Source of the DNA: an uncultured Bacillales bacterium
Lineage (GTDB): Bacteria; Bacillota_I; Bacilli_A; RFN20; CAG-826
Reading direction: 5' to 3'
NCBI GenBank assembly: GCA_937902735.1
Contig: CALELS010000013.1
Location: 134,523-198,522 of the forward strand
DNA length: 64,000 nt
Below are positions 57,531 to 64,000 of this stretch, in pieces. Under the pieces are notes generated by a model. That model did not search any database. It worked only from the letters and a program-made list of their open reading frames with translations, and was not told the origin of the DNA. The position numbers and the translations under genes were made by a program. How positions within the stretch are numbered: the stretch's first letter is position 1; every line of letters starts with the position of its first letter.

Positions 57531-60035
57531 ATGAAAAATAAACATTTCTTAATCACTTCAATCTTATCTCTTTCATTACTTGCTTCTTGTGGAGTTAATG
57601 TTGATTTATCTCATTTAGATGATCAACCAAATGATAACACCCAAGAAGAAGGTGAATCTCAACAACAAGAAGGAGAAGGCGAAGGGGAAGATGTTCCCCC
57701 CAGTAGTGAGGAAACAAAATATCAAATAAGTCAAAGCGACTATAACTATCTATTTTTTAATTTACATATCACTCATGATAATTTTTTAATTACTTTTAAA
57801 GAAAATAAATATTACGTAGATGATACAAAAATACGTATAGAAAAAAATAATGAGATTATCTACTACGATGCATACGCTTCTAATTATGCAGATTATTATG
57901 AATGTGTAGATGAAACTTGGTATGTAACTCGTTCAACAAGTTTTAATGTTAAATCATATTTCCAAAAAGAACATTTAGTGTTCCCTATTGCCTTTCAAGA
58001 TTTAACGTATTCTAAGAATAAACATGGATATACATGTGCATCATATCAAGTTATTGATGAAACAATAGTCAGTGATGTCTTATATAAGTTTTATGATGGT
58101 GAATGGAAATCTCTTGAATATGATATTGGAGATGAACATTTTGTAGTTAATGTTTCAAATTGGAATAAAACTTCTATTGTGTTACCTACCGCTCAAGAAA
58201 AAGAAGAAGTAGTAATTACTGATGGTAAATTTGAATTAAATAAGTATAATCCAGTTGAGAATATATATGATAAATATGTCTTTATGGCAGGAGGTTATCG
58301 CTTCGAGATAACTAATGTCTATCCTCATCCAAGTAATGGGTATGCCACTATTAAACAAGGTGGATATTTTAGAAATATTGATCCTATTGAGAATCTATCT
58401 TCAATATCTCCTATATTCACTAATGATTCTATTAACCTAATAGTGACTTATTCATTTGGAAGTACATTAATTGATGTACCTGAGCATTCTTATTATCAAT
58501 TAAATAGTAACAACGAAGTAATTTTATCTTATGACTATTTTGCTATCTATGTTCCTATTGGGGATATGGATATTACAAAAATAACCTTCGAACTTAAAGA
58601 AGGAATAACTCATGAAGAAGATGAAGTTGTAAATAATGACATTGATATATATTTCATGAACGATATTCATGGAAGAGTTAATTATGAAGCTAGTAATCAA
58701 CCAGGTTTACTTAGAGCCACAACTACTTTAAGACACAAACATTTAGATAACCCAAAAGGAAATATCATGCTTTCTCTTGGTGATCAGTACCAAGGTACCG
58801 CTCTATCTAATATGACTAGAGGTAAAGTCGTTAATGATTTAATGAACTATATTGGCTTCGATGCCCAAATTGTTGGTAACCACGAATTTGACTGGGGATA
58901 TGATGTACTTAAGAATGCTTTATCCTCAACTAATTTCCCTACTTTAGGAATTAATGTTATTGATGATAAAACTAATCAAAGAAGCGACTTCCTACTAGAT
59001 AAAATGATTCTAAATAGGAACGGACATAAGATTGGTTTAGTAGGAAGTGTTGGAGATTGTTATAACTCAATTGCAGAAGCTAAAAGATGCGGTTATCACT
59101 TTATTACTAAAGAAGATATGACTACTCTAGTTAAGAATGCTTCTAATGCTTTAAAACAAAGTGGTGCCGAATTCATTATATATATGGAACATGGCAATAC
59201 CTATGATGAAAACTATTATGACATCACATTATCAAAAGACCATTATGTTGACTTAGTCCTTAATGGACACTCACATTCTAGATACTGCGAATTAGACTCT
59301 GAAGGTGTCTATCATATTCAAGCGGGACAATATACTTCAGATTATGGCCATATCAATCTTAAATATGATGAAGATGAGCATAAGTTTACCATTACTCCAG
59401 AACTTGTCTCTGCGCCTTATCAATATAACACTGATGATTTTTCAATGAAGAATCTCGTCAAATACTATAACGATGTTGTTTTAGATGGACTTCCTGATGA
59501 AGTTTTAGCTAGTAATGCTTCATATCTTTCTAGACAAGCTGGTGGAGAATTACTTCCATCTTTATACGATCATTACTTAAGAGACGCTAGTAATGATTTG
59601 CTAGAAGAACACAATATTTTAGATACCACCCTTTTAGCGCTTAATTACCCAATACTTAGAAACTATATTTCATCAGGTAAAGTCACATTTGATGACGTAT
59701 ATACTGCCCTACCATTCGATAATGAACTTGGAGTAGCAAAAATTAAAGGAAACACTCTTAAAACAAGAGTGCTTGAAAGAGACGATTATTATACTTATCC
59801 AACATCAATTACTTCCTCAGATATCGACTCAAATAAGTATTATTACATAATCTGTGATGTCTATAATTACGGATATTCTTACAACGAAATGGAGTTAGTA
59901 GGTAATTTCTCTATTTCTTCATTAAAGAATAAATATCCTACGACATTTACTAATCTTAAAGTTGTCCAAGGAATTGATGATTTATACGCTAGAGATATCC
60001 TTAGGATGGCGTATCTAGATAATCTAGTAAATTAA
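57531..60035 (+). CDS. Surface lipoprotein with C-terminal 5'-nucleotidase/metallophosphatase domain
   Basis: Lipobox LSLLASCG; acidic low-complexity QEEGESQQQEGEGEGED; IYFMNDIHGR, GNHEFDWG and NGHSHS metallophosphatase motifs. Confidence 0.8.
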   Translation: MKNKHFLITSILSLSLLASCGVNVDLSHLDDQPNDNTQEEGESQQQEGEGEGEDVPPSSEETKYQISQSDYNYLFFNLHITHDNFLITFKENKYYVDDTKIRIEKNNEIIYYDAYASNYADYYECVDETWYVTRSTSFNVKSYFQKEHLVFPIAFQDLTYSKNKHGYTCASYQVIDETIVSDVLYKFYDGEWKSLEYDIGDEHFVVNVSNWNKTSIVLPTAQEKEEVVITDGKFELNKYNPVENIYDKYVFMAGGYRFEITNVYPHPSNGYATIKQGGYFRNIDPIENLSSISPIFTNDSINLIVTYSFGSTLIDVPEHSYYQLNSNNEVILSYDYFAIYVPIGDMDITKITFELKEGITHEEDEVVNNDIDIYFMNDIHGRVNYEASNQPGLLRATTTLRHKHLDNPKGNIMLSLGDQYQGTALSNMTRGKVVNDLMNYIGFDAQIVGNHEFDWGYDVLKNALSSTNFPTLGINVIDDKTNQRSDFLLDKMILNRNGHKIGLVGSVGDCYNSIAEAKRCGYHFITKEDMTTLVKNASNALKQSGAEFIIYMEHGNTYDENYYDITLSKDHYVDLVLNGHSHSRYCELDSEGVYHIQAGQYTSDYGHINLKYDEDEHKFTITPELVSAPYQYNTDDFSMKNLVKYYNDVVLDGLPDEVLASNASYLSRQAGGELLPSLYDHYLRDASNDLLEEHNILDTTLLALNYPILRNYISSGKVTFDDVYTALPFDNELGVAKIKGNTLKTRVLERDDYYTYPTSITSSDIDSNKYYYIICDVYNYGYSYNEMELVGNFSISSLKNKYPTTFTNLKVVQGIDDLYARDILRMAYLDNLVN

Positions 60036-60293
60036 TAACATAATTCAGTTAGATTCAATCATTTGGAATACCATTTCACATTTGCGCAAGGAAATTTTAA
60101 TATTATTTTCACATTTGCGCACCAATGTGTTTAACCCTTCTTTCCAAAAAAATATAGATCCAATATCTAATATAGGGTTTAAAAACACACGTAAATCAAC
60201 AGAGAATTAGCAACAATATCATAATAAACAGTTGTATATGCTAATGAAAAAGTCGCCCGATACTGGACGACTTAATCGCGTATATCTTATTGA

Positions 60294-62684
60294 TTATCCA
60301 ATTTGTGGGGCATTATACATGCCAAGCACAATTGACATACCATAGTAATATAAACAGATATTTTCGCTGATAGATGGAACGAATGGATCATCTGAAGTCA
60401 TATCGTATCTATTACCAGCATTATCAATACCATTTAACTTATTCATAGCATCATTAATTGAAGCAACTTGGCTACCTGTATAGAATGCAGGTCCACCTTT
60501 TTTATTAACTTCACGAATCTTTGTATGTAATGCTGCAGCAACGCCATATTGATCAGAATAGCTTTGAGCTAATGCACCTAATTCCTCAACGCTTGAAACA
60601 CCATATGCAACGCACATCTTGTAAACAAGTTCATCAACAGTACTTGCACCATATTTTTGCATTAATGCAGCAATGATGCTTGGATCTTGACTTGCAAATC
60701 CTTGAATTTCAATAGCACCTTCTAACATATATATTTCAGGTTGAGCATAATCAAATACATTCGTAACATTTGTTTTGTTATTAATGATTGTGACATTTCC
60801 ACAAACAGGAATATTTGTCATGCCTTCAGCAGCACCAGCTTTATTAACAGCAATTAAGTTGAGGTAACTTACACCACCCATTTGAACGATGACACCTTGT
60901 GGATTAACTGCATCACCATCGCAAGCGTATGCTTTGCCAAATTCAAGGAATAAATCTGACATGGCTTTGATTGTTGGAACTAATCCAGCGGCGTTAAACT
61001 TAACAAACCATTGTTCTGTACCTGCAACATAGTTTCTTAATTCGCAATCAATAAATGTTGTGGTTGGGGTTCTACCGACAATTGTCCAAACTGGTTTTTC
61101 ATAGTATGTACTTTCAATTTCGTATTTGTCGTTTTCACCAACATGATCTTGAATGACGATTGGGCCACCAGCGCCTTCACAAACAGAGTTTGAAACTGTA
61201 AGGGTTCCACCCCAGTTATAGTAGAAACAGTTGAAGTTATCGTAGTTGCGACATTTATCAACTGTAAATGAAAGGTTAGGATCGTTTACTTCTTCAGTCA
61301 TAAGGTTGATATAGCAACTTCTAGTAATTGAATTAGTAAATGAAACATTACCAGTGTTACGACCAGCTTTAACAAGCATTAAACCACCTTGATATTTAAT
61401 ATCATCTTGGGTTTCAGCTTTTGGAGAGTTACCTTCAATGTTTAAATTCTTCATATGGAATTCACCATTGCAAACACGAACTAAAGCAGTATGAGAATCA
61501 ACAGATCCCGAAGATGCTTCACCTCTGAAACGTGTGATTAATGGGAAGTCTTTTATTGAGATTTTGAAGTAGTTACCATTCAAGGTAATGTTTTCACCAG
61601 CAACAAAGCGGCCATAAATGTTGGCAGTATCTTTCAATGTACCAACAATTGATTGATCACCAGCGGCTTGTGCTTCTTCTCGATTGTAGAAAAGTTCTGC
61701 TGGAACATCATCTTTTGTAAGAGTGAGGTTATCATGTAGAATGAGAGCTTTTGGAGCTTTTGATTTATCTAAACCATTGGCATCTTTAAATTCATCCCAT
61801 TTGAACGCGATGTTGGCGACATCACCAGAATGCCAGTCGCCATCACTACCGTTACCATGTCTATTATCGAGATAGGATAATTCTTTAGCGTTATATACAT
61901 TGTATCCTTCAACAACATTAACTTCATAAGTAACTTTGTAGTTAGGATTTGCTTTTTGTGCATCGGTCAAACCACCAGGCATAACTGTAACTAAGAATGT
62001 TTTGCCGTTAGCAGCAGCTGAGAATTTAACATCGCAGTTTCTCGCATCAACGACCTCATATTGTGATGGAAGAGCATCTTCACTGCCAGATTCGGTTTTA
62101 ACTTTAACAGTGAATTCGTAGTCGTGCTTCCATTCACTTTGTGGGACTTCATTCAAATCTTCATCAAGTACACCAAATTGAGGTAAGAAGTTGACAGGGT
62201 TATCATAACCAACGGAGTAACCTTGTTCTCTATCAATGAATTCTTCTTTCTTTTCTTCCTTTACTTGGATGTTATGAGCATAGTTGATAAAAGACTCACG
62301 CTTTGTAACAGGACCAAGAGCAATAAGTTTGTCTTCAACCTCGTCAACGACTGTGATTTCACATCTCGCAGTTTTGCCTTGATCAAGTGTCGAAACAGTA
62401 ACTATTGCTTCTCCAAGTTTGGTTGCAGTAACAAGACCATTGTTATCAACGGTGACACAGTCGCCATTAACCGACCATCTAACAGCTTTGTTTGTAGCGT
62501 TTTCTGGTAAAACAGTGGCTTGGAGTTGTTCCGAAGTATTAATCACCATTGCAAGTTTGTTCTTGTTAAGAGTAACGCTTTCGACTGCCACTACTTCAGG
62601 AGTAGGCTCGACTGGCTTAATACAAGCAGCAAGTGACATTGAAGCAAGACTCACAACAACATATTTTATGAGTTTACTTTTCAT
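60294..62684 (-). CDS. Large surface lipoprotein with N-terminal Big_2 (bacterial Ig-like) domain
   Basis: Lipobox MSLAAC; VTLNKNKL...AVRWSVNGD...TVDNNGLVTATKLGEAIVTVST Big_2 pattern. Confidence 0.75.
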   Translation of the reverse strand: MKSKLIKYVVVSLASMSLAACIKPVEPTPEVVAVESVTLNKNKLAMVINTSEQLQATVLPENATNKAVRWSVNGDCVTVDNNGLVTATKLGEAIVTVSTLDQGKTARCEITVVDEVEDKLIALGPVTKRESFINYAHNIQVKEEKKEEFIDREQGYSVGYDNPVNFLPQFGVLDEDLNEVPQSEWKHDYEFTVKVKTESGSEDALPSQYEVVDARNCDVKFSAAANGKTFLVTVMPGGLTDAQKANPNYKVTYEVNVVEGYNVYNAKELSYLDNRHGNGSDGDWHSGDVANIAFKWDEFKDANGLDKSKAPKALILHDNLTLTKDDVPAELFYNREEAQAAGDQSIVGTLKDTANIYGRFVAGENITLNGNYFKISIKDFPLITRFRGEASSGSVDSHTALVRVCNGEFHMKNLNIEGNSPKAETQDDIKYQGGLMLVKAGRNTGNVSFTNSITRSCYINLMTEEVNDPNLSFTVDKCRNYDNFNCFYYNWGGTLTVSNSVCEGAGGPIVIQDHVGENDKYEIESTYYEKPVWTIVGRTPTTTFIDCELRNYVAGTEQWFVKFNAAGLVPTIKAMSDLFLEFGKAYACDGDAVNPQGVIVQMGGVSYLNLIAVNKAGAAEGMTNIPVCGNVTIINNKTNVTNVFDYAQPEIYMLEGAIEIQGFASQDPSIIAALMQKYGASTVDELVYKMCVAYGVSSVEELGALAQSYSDQYGVAAALHTKIREVNKKGGPAFYTGSQVASINDAMNKLNGIDNAGNRYDMTSDDPFVPSISENICLYYYGMSIVLGMYNAPQIG

Positions 62685-62747
62685 AGTTTTCTCCTTTTTT
62701 CGCCTTTATAAAGGCGTGCGTTTATGTTAACAAGTAAATAAAATAAA

Positions 62748-62769
62748 AGCAACTTTATTTCAAGTTGCT
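62748..62769 (-). terminator. Intrinsic terminator of the lipoprotein cassette (identical copy at 63315..63336)
   Basis: AGCAACTT-TATTTC-AAGTTGCT perfect 8-bp stem; on the minus strand it is followed by TTTATTTTATTT. Confidence 0.6.
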
Positions 62770-62795
62770 CACTTTTATTATCAATTATTTGTCTA

Positions 62796-63251
62796 TTAGC
62801 TAGGTAGAGCAAATATAGTTACAGGAACTTGTAATTTGTTTCCATCTGTTGATTGCACAGCAAATTTAGCTCTGGCAGATGTATTGAAATGAACATGAAT
62901 GTAATACATGTCCACAATGTTAACTGTGTACATAGGTTCAACACCTTCTTCTTGTTCATCAGTGACAACTTCAACTCTCTTAAATGATGTGTTTGTTGGA
63001 TATACTTCTGCTTTTAGAACAACAGTAATACCTTCACCACCGTTTTCATTGAAATGAGTGGAGAATTCATATTCTGTTTTTCCATCCTTGGTCTCACTAC
63101 GATCTTCAATATCTAGTGTTTGTTCTGGAAGAATGATTTTGATTTCTTCAACATAGACATCTTCTGGTGCAGGATCAACATGTTGATTACAAGCAGCAAG
63201 TGACATTGAAGCAAGACTCACAGCAAGAAATTTAATGAGTTTGCTTTTCAT
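62796..63251 (-). CDS. Small lipoprotein, tandem paralog
   Basis: Signal peptide MKSKLIKFLAVSLASMSLAAC identical in style to 60294..62684. ~90% identical to 63363..63824 over the C-terminal ~120 aa. Confidence 0.65.
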   Translation of the reverse strand: MKSKLIKFLAVSLASMSLAACNQHVDPAPEDVYVEEIKIILPEQTLDIEDRSETKDGKTEYEFSTHFNENGGEGITVVLKAEVYPTNTSFKRVEVVTDEQEEGVEPMYTVNIVDMYYIHVHFNTSARAKFAVQSTDGNKLQVPVTIFALPS

Positions 63252-63362
63252 AGTTTTCTCCTTTTTTCGCCTTTATAAAGGCGTGCGTTTATGTTAACAA
63301 GTAAATAAAATAAAAGCAACTTTATTTCAAGTTGCTCACTTTTATTATCAATTATTTGTCTA

Positions 63363-63824
63363 TTAGCTAGGTAGAGCAAATATAGTTACAGGAACTTGTA
63401 ATTTGTTTCCATCTGTTGATTGCACAGCAAATTTTGCTCTGGCAGAAGTATTAAAATGAACATGGATGTAATACATATCAACAATATTTACTGTATACAT
63501 AGGTTCAACGCCTTCTTCTTGTTCATCAGTAACTGCTTCAACTCTTTTAAATGAAGTATTTGTTGGATAAACCTCCGCTTTCAAAACTACAGTAATTCCT
63601 TTCCCTTCATTATCCAAATAGTGGGTTGCAAACTTGTATTCAGTTTTACCATCTTTTGTTGTACTACGATCTTCGATATCTAATGTTTGTTCTGGAAGAA
63701 TGATTTTGATTTCTTCAACGTAGATATCTTTGAAATATCCTTTGATAGCAATACCAAAAAGACCAACTACTAAGAAGGAGACAATATAGACGATAGCTAC
63801 AAACAATATAGTGGACTTTTTCAT
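63363..63824 (-). CDS. Paralog of 62796..63251 with an alternative N-terminus (TM helix instead of lipobox)
   Basis: C-terminal YVEEIKIILPEQTLDIEDRS...VPVTIFALPS is near-identical to the neighbouring gene. Confidence 0.6.
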   Translation of the reverse strand: MKKSTILFVAIVYIVSFLVVGLFGIAIKGYFKDIYVEEIKIILPEQTLDIEDRSTTKDGKTEYKFATHYLDNEGKGITVVLKAEVYPTNTSFKRVEAVTDEQEEGVEPMYTVNIVDMYYIHVHFNTSARAKFAVQSTDGNKLQVPVTIFALPS

Positions 63825-64000
63825 AATTTATTTCTCACTTTTCATAATAGTACGCCTTAATGTAAAGGATATATAACGCTAGGCAGGAAGCAAATATTCC
63901 CGCAGAAATAATAAGTAGTTTAATAAACCCAATTGTGAATGAATGATGCAACGTTTGAGATTCGGTTAAGAAGAAATATGTTAAGCCTGTTAAGACAAAC

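Larger units (their letters stand above)
62640..63824. repeat. Tandem duplication of a ~565-bp lipoprotein cassette (leader ~180 bp 100% identical, CDS ~90%)
   Basis: 62682..62870 and 63249..63437 are identical, including CGCCTTTATAAAGGCG and the terminator hairpin. Confidence 0.7.

Overview
Low-GC (~30%) Firmicutes/Mollicutes-like DNA (Acholeplasma/Erysipelotrichia-like), standard genetic code: ORFs end at TGA next to RBS/start contexts, and lipoproteins carry lipoboxes of the form ...SLAAC. Most of the window is accessory. Core genes are a truncated acyl-CoA synthetase, an Fe/B12-type ABC importer, 23S rRNA m5U methyltransferase RlmD, and surface lipoproteins at the right end. From about 22 to 56 kb the window holds one or two integrated elements bounded by two paralogous large serine recombinases in opposite orientations. 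Element 1 has a PICI/satellite-like module: recombinase, XRE regulator, P4-type primase, then an ori-like structured region. Its cargo is a string of defence/conflict cassettes: a Type ISP (LlaGI-like) single-chain R-M enzyme; a Zn-ribbon nuclease plus a UvrD-like helicase that share an unusual PDF...E(Y/H)(W/Y)G nuclease motif; Fic; a degenerate AbiEi/AbiEii pair; a Fic/Doc-like gene; an AAA_14/DUF4143 ATPase; an AlbA_2/Schlafen-HTH protein; a GNAT/YoaP protein; a BcgI-like Type IIB R-M with C-protein; and a DprA/SLOG-like pair. Short degenerate repeats (TCAACRTG... / TGACA(C)AAAC) punctuate the cassette boundaries. Left of the element there are two modules driven by a duplicated ~43-bp promoter: a membrane protein plus ABC-type ATPase, and an HEPN-like protein (RNxxxH) plus a membrane protein. 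They share a paralogous coiled-coil/4-TM domain with a conserved KKKMPF(F/L)Y tail. Also present are a DUF3883 nuclease pair, a Macro-domain protein, a split DEDD exonuclease, a phage-like nrdG-nrdD nucleotide-metabolism operon, and an unusual BspA-LRR::DNA methyltransferase fusion. No tRNA, rRNA or CRISPR features were found.
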